NCBI GenBank assembly: GCA_964632315.1 | Contig: CAZWEM010000035.1 | Coordinates: 1 to 50,410, forward strand | Direction: 5' to 3' | From: an uncultured archaeon | GTDB lineage: Archaea > Asgardarchaeota > Lokiarchaeia > Sigyniarchaeales > SOKP01 | Length of the DNA: 50,410 nt | In this document: one piece after another, positions 26,688-35,864 of the stretch | Numbering within the stretch: position 1 is the first letter of the stretch | Layout of the letters: each line of letters opens with the position of its first letter | Position numbers and translations under genes: made by a program | Notes under the pieces: model-generated | The model's input: the letters and a program-made list of their open reading frames with translations, nothing else | What the model was told of the DNA's origin: nothing | Database searches by the model: none

Positions 26688-27125
26688 ATGATGTCATCTC
26701 AAAGAAACGTTGATCCCTTTTCAGTACTGATTCTATTCATCAGTCTTTTAGCAATAATATTAGAAAGCGTTGGTGATTTCGCTGGTTTATATATTGGTGG
26801 GGGGCATTATCGATATTCTTGTCTAGATTGTGAATATAGTACAATAGGAGATTTAATCTTTCAGATTCTAAGTATAATTGTTTTTATCATTATCGTAATT
26901 ATGGCATTGAACAATTTACTTCCTAATAGATTTATTGCTAAAGACTTAACCAAAGTTGGATTTTTACTATCAATTATAACAATTATTTTTGCAATAGCCG
27001 GATTAACCTCTTTTGGTATTTATTATAGTGCTTATGAATGGTGGCCAGAAATGGGATTTTATGCTATAATTATTGGAGGAATTCTAAACACCATCTTCTT
27101 CTTCCTTAAACAAAAGAATGCTTAA
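26688..27125 (+). CDS. Four-TM membrane protein
   Basis: Four hydrophobic segments; CLDC in the first loop. Confidence 0.75.
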   Translation: MMSSQRNVDPFSVLILFISLLAIILESVGDFAGLYIGGGHYRYSCLDCEYSTIGDLIFQILSIIVFIIIVIMALNNLLPNRFIAKDLTKVGFLLSIITIIFAIAGLTSFGIYYSAYEWWPEMGFYAIIIGGILNTIFFFLKQKNA

Positions 27126-27284
27126 ATTTTCAAAATAATTTTTTATTTTTTTTAAGTAAGATGCTAAAATAATAATCTCTAAATAAAAAAGAAATTTATA
27201 TTTTTTACATAATTCTCATTATTAAAGATAATTAATTATCTATTAGTTAAAAAAATCTTAATAATAAACCAAAGTGTAATAAAG

Positions 27285-27482
27285 ATGTCTTTTGGAATTG
27301 AAATTGATATGGATGCTTGTACCGGTTGCGGTACTTGTTATGAAGTCTGTCCAAGTGAATGTTTTGGAGAACCTGAAGGTGGAAAGGTTAACGTAATTGA
27401 AGAGAATCGAGAAGATTGCGTTGGATGTCGCGCTTGTGAGACACAGTGTCCTGAAGAAGCCATAACCATCACTGAAGACTAA
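27285..27482 (+). CDS. 2x[4Fe-4S] ferredoxin
   Basis: CTGCGTCYEVCP and CVGCRACETQCP. Confidence 0.95.
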   Translation: MSFGIEIDMDACTGCGTCYEVCPSECFGEPEGGKVNVIEENREDCVGCRACETQCPEEAITITED

Positions 27483-27488
27483 ATTACA

Positions 27489-27529
27489 TACGATTGGCTT
27501 ATCGTAAACGTATTTTTTTTCTTTTTTTT
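27489..27529 (+). terminator. Hairpin + T-tract after ferredoxin
   Basis: TACGAT-TGGCTT-ATCGTA followed by long T runs. Confidence 0.55.
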
Positions 27530-27580
27530 GCTATTATTTTACTTGATTTTAATTTCAAAAAAGTAAGATTAAGATATTCT

Positions 27581-27602
27581 TCGTGAAAGGGGGGTTTCAC
27601 GA
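27581..27602. repeat. Inverted repeat TCGTGAAA-GGGGGG-TTTCACGA
   Basis: Perfect 8-bp arms with a G6 spacer in a convergent intergenic region. Confidence 0.7.
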
Positions 27603-27639
27603 CAATGCATATATATTCATATATTATTTAGATAAATCT

Positions 27640-28932
27640 CTAAATATCATCACATAAAAAGACAATTAATTCCTTAATATACGTGAGAACATCTTTCATC
27701 CTTATATATTCGTTCACTCCGTGAGAATTAGAGCCAATGGTCCCAACTCCATGAAAAATAATGTCGTTTGTATTTAGAATTTCAGAAACATAACCCATAT
27801 CAGTAGAACCCGCATTACCAACGATAAATACTTTTTCGTCTGGTACATCTTGTACTTCCATTATCACATTCTTAATGCGGGTGATATCTGGTGCACTAGG
27901 ATCGGCTGTCATAGGAGGATAATCATAGATATAAGTTGTTTTAACATCTAAGAGTTTGCTTTGAGCTTTTCCTCGTTCAATGGCTTCTGCGATCTCTTTT
28001 TTAACCTCCTCGATATTCTCATCCGGAATAACACGCCTGTTTATCGTTAGCTTACAGAGGTCTGGGACAATATTGGTTTTTGTTCCAGAATGAATAATAT
28101 CTAAATTAAACATTGGAGTCATATTCCTTTTTTCACCCGTTCCAAATTGGGGTAACCCCGGAATGATTTTACTTTCTCGAGCTTCGACAGTTTTCTTTAA
28201 TTTCATTAATTCCACGAGAATAGGAATGGTTTCTTCTAATGCATTCACTCCCATAAAGTTCATTCCTGAATGACAACTTCTTCCTATAGATTCCACGATT
28301 ACATTTAACGCACCTGCCGTTCCAACTACAATTATTGGATTTATGACGCCTTCCATACAAAAAACGGTGCCTTTTATATATTCATTCTCTGCTAAATATC
28401 GAATTCCAGGCCAAACTCCTATTTCTTCATCAGTGCAATTTAAGACATGAATGTTGTATTTTGGGGTTAATTTTAAAATCTCAATGATTTGTAGAGCAAG
28501 GATCAAACAAACCATTGATCCTTTCATATCAGAAGTTCCACGACCATAAATCTTCCCACTTTTAATCATCGTTGCTTTGAAAGGAGGAAATCTCCATTTT
28601 TTCTCACCTTCATTAGGAGCTGGTACCACATCCATGTGACCGTAGAAACTGACATCTCTTTTTTGACCAAAATTTTTACTGGCGACTAAATTAATTCTAG
28701 GGCCTTCAAGTTCATATGGGATTTCTTTGACTAGATCTTCTGGAAGCTCAACTTCAACAGTTTTATAACCTAAATCCGAAAAAAAAGGTTTTAATGCATT
28801 AATATATTCTCTATAGGTGTTTGCTGGAGGTACTGTAGTATCAATGTTAATAAGTGTTTTCATAACGCTCATTATATGGTTTGGGTCCAAATTATCTACA
28901 ACTTGAAAGATTTCTTTCTTATCAATCATCAT
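27640..28932 (-). CDS. M20 family metallohydrolase (ArgE/DapE-like)
   Basis: GHMDVVP, YGRGTSDMKG, DEEIG, GSTDM, HGVNE. Confidence 0.93.
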   Translation of the reverse strand: MMIDKKEIFQVVDNLDPNHIMSVMKTLINIDTTVPPANTYREYINALKPFFSDLGYKTVEVELPEDLVKEIPYELEGPRINLVASKNFGQKRDVSFYGHMDVVPAPNEGEKKWRFPPFKATMIKSGKIYGRGTSDMKGSMVCLILALQIIEILKLTPKYNIHVLNCTDEEIGVWPGIRYLAENEYIKGTVFCMEGVINPIIVVGTAGALNVIVESIGRSCHSGMNFMGVNALEETIPILVELMKLKKTVEARESKIIPGLPQFGTGEKRNMTPMFNLDIIHSGTKTNIVPDLCKLTINRRVIPDENIEEVKKEIAEAIERGKAQSKLLDVKTTYIYDYPPMTADPSAPDITRIKNVIMEVQDVPDEKVFIVGNAGSTDMGYVSEILNTNDIIFHGVGTIGSNSHGVNEYIRMKDVLTYIKELIVFLCDDI

Positions 28933-29017
28933 TCAATTCCTTCAGAAAATTAATTAGTTATAATGATAAAATTAGAACGATTTAAAATAATTATTAAAAA
29001 GAAGGAGGTTAGAAAAT

Positions 29018-30112
29018 TCACCATAGTAGAATTTTACCACAATCTTTACATACTCCTTCATTGATCTGCACATTAAGACAATTCTCATGATATAAAGCAT
29101 TGCACGAATTACACTTATAGATCTTACCTGAATATTCCCCAAAATCATACCCGCAATAAGCACAATTATTTCCAAATGAAAAGTTTGCATCATTTACGTT
29201 AACCTGGATTACTTGAGCCGTTCCAGTCAACGCTGAATCTGAGATTGATGGAGTGATATAATTAGGATTTTCAAGTGAAGGACCTGGTACCGCTTCAGTA
29301 TGTTCCCAATCTGAAACATAACCTTGTGAGGATCCTTTGGATAACCCCATTCTGATTGTAACTTTCTCATCTAAAATATTAGTAAGGATTAATGCTGAAG
29401 CATACTTCCCTTTTGATCCTCCCTTTTGAAGATGTGTATGAGAAATTAAATGGATAATTCTACCTCCCGTCTTCCCATAATCAAAATAACAAAGTACAGG
29501 AGCATCTCCCCATTTCTGCTGTATTTCTATCGAAGAAATTAGAACTCTCACTTCAGGATTCAATACTTGAATGGGAAAACTTCGGTTTTCAAGCCACCAT
29601 TTGAATTCAGATTTCTTTGTATTACTTACCTTTTTGCTCCATTTATCTTGTTGAATTTCTGTGAGAACTCCTTCAAGAAAAGGATGATTAGGTTCTAATA
29701 TTTGGCAAGATACAACAGCATCACCCGTCCTTTCTTTATTCCATCGAATATATCCAGGGAAGATCATTTCGATAATATGTTTTAATGCCCAGTCAGTGGT
29801 TATCAACCAACCTCCATTTAGATTTACATATTCACTTATTTTTGGAAAAGCAGAATGCGGAATTTCGTCACCAGGACAACCTATTAGAACTAAATCATAT
29901 TCATTTAAATTATATTTCATTATCTTAGCTGGTTTTATTGTTTCGTGTTCTGACGCATACATGTGATCTACTACTTTTTCTGGTTTTTCATATCTACCCT
30001 TTATAGCAAGAATTTTTCCATGTTGTTCAACTGCTTTTACCACGTCTTTTTTATTTAAGGCTTCCATTTTGCGTTGTTTAACTTCAGAATATAAATCCTT
30101 CCAGCTACTCAT
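29018..30112 (-). CDS. GATase-like domain + C-terminal C4HC3 (RING/PHD-like) zinc finger protein
   Basis: YDLVLIGCPG...GGWLITTDWAL; CAYC..CNSC...HENC...CKDC. Confidence 0.7.
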   Translation of the reverse strand: MSSWKDLYSEVKQRKMEALNKKDVVKAVEQHGKILAIKGRYEKPEKVVDHMYASEHETIKPAKIMKYNLNEYDLVLIGCPGDEIPHSAFPKISEYVNLNGGWLITTDWALKHIIEMIFPGYIRWNKERTGDAVVSCQILEPNHPFLEGVLTEIQQDKWSKKVSNTKKSEFKWWLENRSFPIQVLNPEVRVLISSIEIQQKWGDAPVLCYFDYGKTGGRIIHLISHTHLQKGGSKGKYASALILTNILDEKVTIRMGLSKGSSQGYVSDWEHTEAVPGPSLENPNYITPSISDSALTGTAQVIQVNVNDANFSFGNNCAYCGYDFGEYSGKIYKCNSCNALYHENCLNVQINEGVCKDCGKILLW

Positions 30113-30205
30113 TTTAAAGTCTCTGTAATTAAAATTTTATAGTTTTATACATTATTAAATAATAAAAAATATTTCTTATTTATATTTGCATGGAATAGGA
30201 TTTAT

Positions 30206-31711
30206 ATGAAGGATTTAAGAAAATTAGGCAATCCAATTGAGTTTTGGAATTATTTTTATGAGATCTCTCAAATACCACGCTGTTCTCAAAAAGAAGAGAA
30301 GATCCGACAATATGTCAAAAATGAAGCAAGCAAATTCAATTATGATACGAGAATAGATGGTATTGGAAATATTGTTATTACAGTCCCCCCCAAAGAAGAT
30401 ACATCAAAAACGAAGATCGTTTTGCAAAGTCACATGGATATGGTTTGTGAAAAAAATTTAGATATTGAGCACGATTTTTCAAAAGATGCATTGAAATTAA
30501 TGACTATACAAAAAGATGATGAAGAGTGGTTAACTGCTGATGGTACAACATTAGGAGCGGATAATGCTGTTGGAATTGCTTATCAATTAGCAATAATGAA
30601 AAAGATTCATGATGGAAGTCTTAATCTCGGCCCTTTAACCTTGGATTTATTATTTACAGTTGATGAAGAGCGAGGACTATCTGGAGCGTCCCAAATGGAT
30701 AAAGGCATGATTGATGGAAAATATCTCATAAATTTAGATTCTGAAGAAGATGATGAATTTACAATAGGTTGTGCAGGGGGAAGAGTCTTTAGTGTCGAAT
30801 TTGAAAAAGTAATGGAAGAGCGACTTTCGGAAAAGGATAAAATTCCGATCAAAATTTCAGTTTCTGGGTTGATCGGAGGACATTCTGGAATGGACATAAA
30901 TAAAGGAAGAGGAAATGCAGTAAAAATTCTAATCGAGATTCTTTGGAAAATTGATTCTAGCTTTGATGTTTCAATTAATACCATTGAAGGAGGAAATTTG
31001 TCTAATGCGATTCCAAGAGAATCTAATGCTATCTTATACATTGATAAATCTCAAAAGGTTGAGATTGATAGGTTTACGAAGGAAATATTCCCTAAAATCA
31101 AATCTTTGTATAATGTTATTGAGCCAGATTTAACAATTAAATTAGAAGAAATATCAGATTTCAATAAAAATCTCAGTTTTAATAATAATTTTCAGCATAA
31201 ATTAATCAATCTTTTTAATCTTATACCGACAGGTCCAATAGTGCAACACCCAACAAGTAAAGGTTTAGTTCATACATCGTTGAACTTTGCATCAATACAT
31301 ACCCTTGAAAATAAAATTGAGATAAAAATTAGCACAAGAAGTTTAACTGGGTATGATAAAGATAACTTATTTGAGAGAGTCAAGTCTCTTATTAAAATGA
31401 CAGGATTAAAGTATAATATTATCATTGAAACGATTTATCCTAGTTGGTTTCCTAATTTTGAATCTGAAATCGTTAAAACTTCTAAAAGGGTATACAAGGA
31501 TAGATTTAATGATGATGTTAGGATTAAAGCAATTCATGCTGGATTAGAATGTGCTTTTTTTAGTCATTATTATCCTGAGATGCAAATGATCTCGATAGGA
31601 CCAGATATTATAATGGGGCATTCACCTGATGAAAGATTGAGAATAAAAAGTGTCGAGAAGATCTGGAATTTTTTAATTACATTCTTGGAAAAATTGGTTG
31701 AAATATCTTGA
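30206..31711 (+). CDS. pepD: Aminoacyl-histidine dipeptidase (M20C)
   Basis: QSHMDMVCEK, GTTLGADN, DEE, NLDSEE, GGHSG, IHAGLEC, HSPDE. Confidence 0.95.
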   Translation: MKDLRKLGNPIEFWNYFYEISQIPRCSQKEEKIRQYVKNEASKFNYDTRIDGIGNIVITVPPKEDTSKTKIVLQSHMDMVCEKNLDIEHDFSKDALKLMTIQKDDEEWLTADGTTLGADNAVGIAYQLAIMKKIHDGSLNLGPLTLDLLFTVDEERGLSGASQMDKGMIDGKYLINLDSEEDDEFTIGCAGGRVFSVEFEKVMEERLSEKDKIPIKISVSGLIGGHSGMDINKGRGNAVKILIEILWKIDSSFDVSINTIEGGNLSNAIPRESNAILYIDKSQKVEIDRFTKEIFPKIKSLYNVIEPDLTIKLEEISDFNKNLSFNNNFQHKLINLFNLIPTGPIVQHPTSKGLVHTSLNFASIHTLENKIEIKISTRSLTGYDKDNLFERVKSLIKMTGLKYNIIIETIYPSWFPNFESEIVKTSKRVYKDRFNDDVRIKAIHAGLECAFFSHYYPEMQMISIGPDIIMGHSPDERLRIKSVEKIWNFLITFLEKLVEIS

Positions 31712-31807
31712 AATGTATGCAAACTAAAAAAAAATTTAATTAAAATAGAAATTTATTAATCTTATATTGAATTATTGATTAAATGTTTTTAGTGAGAATG
31801 AAGCATA

Positions 31808-32338
31808 ATGGAAAAGAAACAAACATCACAAACTAACAATAAAAAACAAGATGTTAGTGGTTCTGAAACTGTACTAGAACGTTTTAAAAGCAGAACTCCA
31901 TGGATTTTTGGTAAAAAATTAAAAAAACCAAAAATTAAATTTCCCGATATGACACTCCCTCGCATGGATTTACCAGTTCCTGGTAGATCTATCGCCGTAA
32001 TAGGGATTTATGCATTTTTATTTCTTCTTCAAACAGGGTTTGTCTATTTAATATATACCAAACCTCCAGCACTGGGTACTAATTCAGATGGACAAGCAAT
32101 GTTCTTGTATGTAGGTAGCATTCACGATGCATTCATAATTGAAAGTATTGTAGCATCAATATTCATTTTTCTATGCTCTCTAGGTTTTGTATTTCTGTAT
32201 CAAGCCTCAAAACATGTATATAACAAGAAAATTGCCACTCGAATCTTAGCTATAGGGATAATTTTAATATTTCTATCGTTTTTGGCGCTTAATGCAATGA
32301 TAGATATAAAACTGGGTAATAAATTGTTTAACGTTTAA
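31808..32338 (+). CDS. Oligosaccharyltransferase OSTC/DC2 (OST3/OST6 TM family)-like subunit
   Basis: GFVYLIYTKPPALG...FLY...FIIESIVASIFIFLCSLGFV; three TM; no thioredoxin domain. Confidence 0.8.
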   Translation: MEKKQTSQTNNKKQDVSGSETVLERFKSRTPWIFGKKLKKPKIKFPDMTLPRMDLPVPGRSIAVIGIYAFLFLLQTGFVYLIYTKPPALGTNSDGQAMFLYVGSIHDAFIIESIVASIFIFLCSLGFVFLYQASKHVYNKKIATRILAIGIILIFLSFLALNAMIDIKLGNKLFNV

Positions 32339-32379
32339 TAATTGAGAGAAAATTAAAAAAAAGAAAAGTTAAAGGCTAA

Positions 32380-32781
32380 TTATTTAAGACTATCTGTAAA
32401 TGCTTTATAAGCTGATTCATCAAGCAAGTTTCCTTTTTCTGCATCAAAATTTGAAGCTTCAACCTTAAATAACCAAGCAGAAGAGGGATCTTCATTAATT
32501 TTTTCCGGTTCATCCATTAAGTCAGAATTAACTTCGCTAACATTCCCGGATACAGGGCTATATACATCTCCCACAGCTTTACTTGATTCCACTGTGCAAT
32601 CTAAAGGATCGCTTGTTGGTTCATCACCATCCATTTGAACTTGTTCAACACTTGCACCTTCAAGTGCTTCAACATCCACGAATGAAATTTCACCTAATTG
32701 CTCAGCGGCAAATGCAGTTATACCAACTTCACCAGTGGCATCATTATACCATTGATGGGTCTTTGTGTACCAAATTGCCAT
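32380..32781 (-). CDS. gcvH: Glycine cleavage system H protein
   Basis: YTKTHQW, GITAFA..LG, VESSKA lipoyl-Lys, YSPVSG, INEDP..WL. Confidence 0.92.
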   Translation of the reverse strand: MAIWYTKTHQWYNDATGEVGITAFAAEQLGEISFVDVEALEGASVEQVQMDGDEPTSDPLDCTVESSKAVGDVYSPVSGNVSEVNSDLMDEPEKINEDPSSAWLFKVEASNFDAEKGNLLDESAYKAFTDSLK

Positions 32782-32917
32782 AATTTCATAAACTCCTTTT
32801 TTGTTATAAAAAATTATAATATTGAATTTTGTATGATAAAATTAATTATATAAAAGATTTAAAATTTTTTTATTAGATGATTTGATTTTTTGAGAATAAT
32901 TATGAGATGAGAACTTA

Positions 32918-33742
32918 ATAATTATAGATAAAATTAATTTTTATCGAGAATTTGAGGAATGGTATTGGAAAATAAAAAAGGACTTTAATTTTAATTACGA
33001 ATTAGATCAAAAAGCTAGAGACTTACTATTAAGTTTTTTTAATAACAAGGATCCTGAATGGATCCTTGAAAGGATATTAGAATCATTTTGTAAGAGAATC
33101 CAAAGCAAAAAGTCATTATTCATTTATGGATGCGGTCCTACTCTTGTTAATACTGTTAATTATATAATTAATACCAAATTAAAGGAGCAATTTATTAATA
33201 GTATCCATCTAGCCGCAGATGGTGCAACCAGATTTTTGAAAAAAATAAATCTTCCAGTTGATGCTACATTTACAGATTTAGATGGTATAAGAACAGAAGA
33301 TTTCAACTATCCAAGTTATATAATAGTTCATGCTCATGGTGATAATATTGATAAGCTTCAAAATTATAAACATGAAATAATACAAGCCAAAAATATAATC
33401 GGAACAACCCAAGTTGAACCCCACGAGAAAATTCTCAATCCAGGTGGTTTTACTGATGGTGATAGAATCCTTTTTTTTATAAGATCCTTAATCAAATCAG
33501 ATCAGAACATTTTTTTGATCGGTATGGATTTTAAAGATGTGATCGGTGAATACAGTAAACCAGAATATGAAAAGAACCAAAGAGGTTCTCCAACAAAGAT
33601 TAAAAAGTTAGTTTATGCATATAAGCTGACATCTTGGTTCGCAGAGATGATTGATAATAAAATATTTTTGTTAAACAGTAAGCTAAAAATTAAACAAATC
33701 GAATCAGTTTCATTATCCGAAATAACCGATTTAAAATTTTAA
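32918..33742 (+). CDS. mptE: 6-hydroxymethylpterin diphosphokinase MptE-like (DUF115); start upstream of the ORF-track call, non-canonical
   Basis: Frame open from 32906 with WY..I, GCGPT, AADGA, TDLDG, HAHGDN, GGFTDGDR, GMDF; no ATG/GTG/TTG before 33236. Confidence 0.8.
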   Translation: MIIDKINFYREFEEWYWKIKKDFNFNYELDQKARDLLLSFFNNKDPEWILERILESFCKRIQSKKSLFIYGCGPTLVNTVNYIINTKLKEQFINSIHLAADGATRFLKKINLPVDATFTDLDGIRTEDFNYPSYIIVHAHGDNIDKLQNYKHEIIQAKNIIGTTQVEPHEKILNPGGFTDGDRILFFIRSLIKSDQNIFLIGMDFKDVIGEYSKPEYEKNQRGSPTKIKKLVYAYKLTSWFAEMIDNKIFLLNSKLKIKQIESVSLSEITDLKF

Positions 33743-34515
33743 TTCGCATCAATAATGCCCTTGGAATTAATCGTATAAGCTACTTTATTTTCTCTTAAAT
33801 GAGAAGAATTAACTAAATGCATAAAAAGATTCTTACTAGTTTTTGATAAGTATATAAATTCTGAAAAAAAATGATTAAGATATTGAATACCCACCGGAAC
33901 GTGTTTAATAGTTGAATTTGGATTAAAATTTGGACTGACTTGAGAAGTATATATTGAAATCAAACCATATTTTTTAGTTAACAGATTTAAATGATTTAAA
34001 ATGTTGATAAATAATTTCTTTGATTTTTCAAATGATATGCCTTGTTCCAAACGATAATAATTATTGATCGTATCGATTAAAAGTAATTTAATCTCTGAAT
34101 TTTTCAAGACATTATCCAATTCACTAATCTTGTAATTTAAAACATCATCACTCCTAATGGTCGCAACCAAAATTGTTTTAAGCACATCATTGTAATTTAA
34201 TCCTCTTGTTAGACATAATTCTTTGATACGTTCTGGACGAAATGTGTTTTCTGAATCAAAATATGCTGTTTTAATTCCGCTTTTAAATGCTTCAAGACAA
34301 ACTTGATGACATAGCTGCGTTTTACCCGTACTATTTTCACCAAAGAATATGTATGATCTACCAGAATAAAATCCACCACCTAAAAGGAGATCCAAATTAT
34401 TAGTACCAGATTTGAGAATAAAATTACTTTTCTGTTTGAAATTTTTAAGTTCACTTTCTAAATCAATAAGTAAGTTAGATTTTCGGAGCGAATCTTTTAA
34501 AAAATCTTGATCCAT
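33739..34515 (-). CDS. RadA/Rad51 paralog ATPase
   Basis: LDLLLGGG, GENSTGKTQLCHQ, DSENTFRPER, LLLIDT; lacks N-terminal HhH domain. Confidence 0.85.
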   Translation of the reverse strand: MDQDFLKDSLRKSNLLIDLESELKNFKQKSNFILKSGTNNLDLLLGGGFYSGRSYIFFGENSTGKTQLCHQVCLEAFKSGIKTAYFDSENTFRPERIKELCLTRGLNYNDVLKTILVATIRSDDVLNYKISELDNVLKNSEIKLLLIDTINNYYRLEQGISFEKSKKLFINILNHLNLLTKKYGLISIYTSQVSPNFNPNSTIKHVPVGIQYLNHFFSEFIYLSKTSKNLFMHLVNSSHLRENKVAYTINSKGIIDAN

Positions 34516-34632
34516 ATCTAATCAATCAGTCAATTTTATATTTAAATAATGAATAACAAAATCGTAAAATTATTTTTAACGTAATCATAAAACATAGTAT
34601 ATTTCTATAATTTTAAAATCACACTAAAGATA

Positions 34633-35244
34633 ATGGCAAAAAAGAAAAAGGAAGTTTGTCCATATTGCGGTAAATCTTTCGCATATCTTAACCGTCATAA
34701 GTGCAAAGTAAAAGAAAGAATTGAAGGGTCTGAGGAATCTGAAAAATCAGAAGTAGAAAGAAGAATTGAAAGAACAGAGGAAAGAAAAAAAGATTCCACA
34801 CGAAATCTTAAGAAGGACGAGAAAAAAATACTCGATATCATTACTAAGGAGAAAAACATTTTTTTTGAAGATCTACGAAGTCTCACTAATAAAACGAGAA
34901 ACGAATTAGATGACATTCTAGATGTTCTAGAACTTCAATCAAAAGTTAAAGTGAAAAGAGAAATGATAAATGCCACCTGGACAAAAAATATCTCGTTAAT
35001 TGAGAATATTGATCTAGAAGTTGCCGAATTGGAAATTGATAAGAATAAAAAGGATTTCATTTTAGAAGTGTTTTCTTATCAACCATGTTTAGTATGTCCA
35101 TTTGCTAATAAATGTAATGATACAAATTTAGACAAATTTAACCCTAAACATTGTCCTTGGCTAACTGATTGGATTGAAGCATGTATTGAGGGAAGAAAGT
35201 ATTATATCAATTTTGAAGAAATCGAAGAAGAATTAATCGATTAA
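34633..35244 (+). CDS. RPC34-like / TFE-beta protein with N-terminal zinc finger
   Basis: CPYC...HKC finger; wHTH; C-terminal PCLVCP....C...P..CPWLTDW Fe-S motif. Confidence 0.75.
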   Translation: MAKKKKEVCPYCGKSFAYLNRHKCKVKERIEGSEESEKSEVERRIERTEERKKDSTRNLKKDEKKILDIITKEKNIFFEDLRSLTNKTRNELDDILDVLELQSKVKVKREMINATWTKNISLIENIDLEVAELEIDKNKKDFILEVFSYQPCLVCPFANKCNDTNLDKFNPKHCPWLTDWIEACIEGRKYYINFEEIEEELID

Positions 35245-35864
35245 AATTTTTTCAACCCAATTATAAATGTCTCATTACTTTTTTTATAAGAACTTCTAGG
35301 TTTAAATCCCTTCACAAATTGAAATTTCCTTTTAACTAGTTTAAAAAAATCTTGATAGTCGACCCCTCGAAAAAGTTTTATTATTATATTCCCATTTTTT
35401 TTCAAAACTTCTGAAAATTCGAGGATTTTATAGCATAATCTGATTTGGTGGACTTGATCACTAAACTTATTCCCCGATTTTTGAATACTCGCATCTGATA
35501 TTATTAAATCAACCTCATCACCAAAATATGATTTGACTTCTGGGAGAAATTCGGGTACAGAAATGTCCATTTTTAATATTTTTACATTTTCTATTGGAGT
35601 TATGTTTTTGACATCAACTCCTAATATCTTATAAGAATCTCTGTGATAATATTTATCATTATATTTTAAGAGGTTTTCTTCAGCTTTTAATTTAGCAACT
35701 TGCAACCATGATCCGGGGGCGCTGCCAATATCAATAATATAAAAAGCTCGTTTAAAAATCTTGAATCTTTTTTCGATTTCCAGTAATTTATACGCAGATC
35801 TTGCTCTATATCCCTCTCTTTTTGCTCTCCTATAGGTCGGATCCTTATTATGTTGTTCAGTCAT
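35241..35864 (-). CDS. rlmE: 23S rRNA 2'-O-methyltransferase RlmE/FtsJ
   Basis: GYRARSAYKL, DIGSAPGSW, ISDA, KPRSS...E. Confidence 0.93.
   Translation of the reverse strand: MTEQHNKDPTYRRAKREGYRARSAYKLLEIEKRFKIFKRAFYIIDIGSAPGSWLQVAKLKAEENLLKYNDKYYHRDSYKILGVDVKNITPIENVKILKMDISVPEFLPEVKSYFGDEVDLIISDASIQKSGNKFSDQVHQIRLCYKILEFSEVLKKNGNIIIKLFRGVDYQDFFKLVKRKFQFVKGFKPRSSYKKSNETFIIGLKKF

Noticed and set aside
27481-27610. SECIS element downstream of ferredoxin
   Set aside because: The ferredoxin has all Cys ligands and no in-frame UGA; the hairpins lack the AUGA/GA core.
35630-35695. Insertion in RlmE with a short palindrome (TGATAA-ATA-TTATCA) as an intron
   Set aside because: In frame, with no bulge-helix-bulge geometry.
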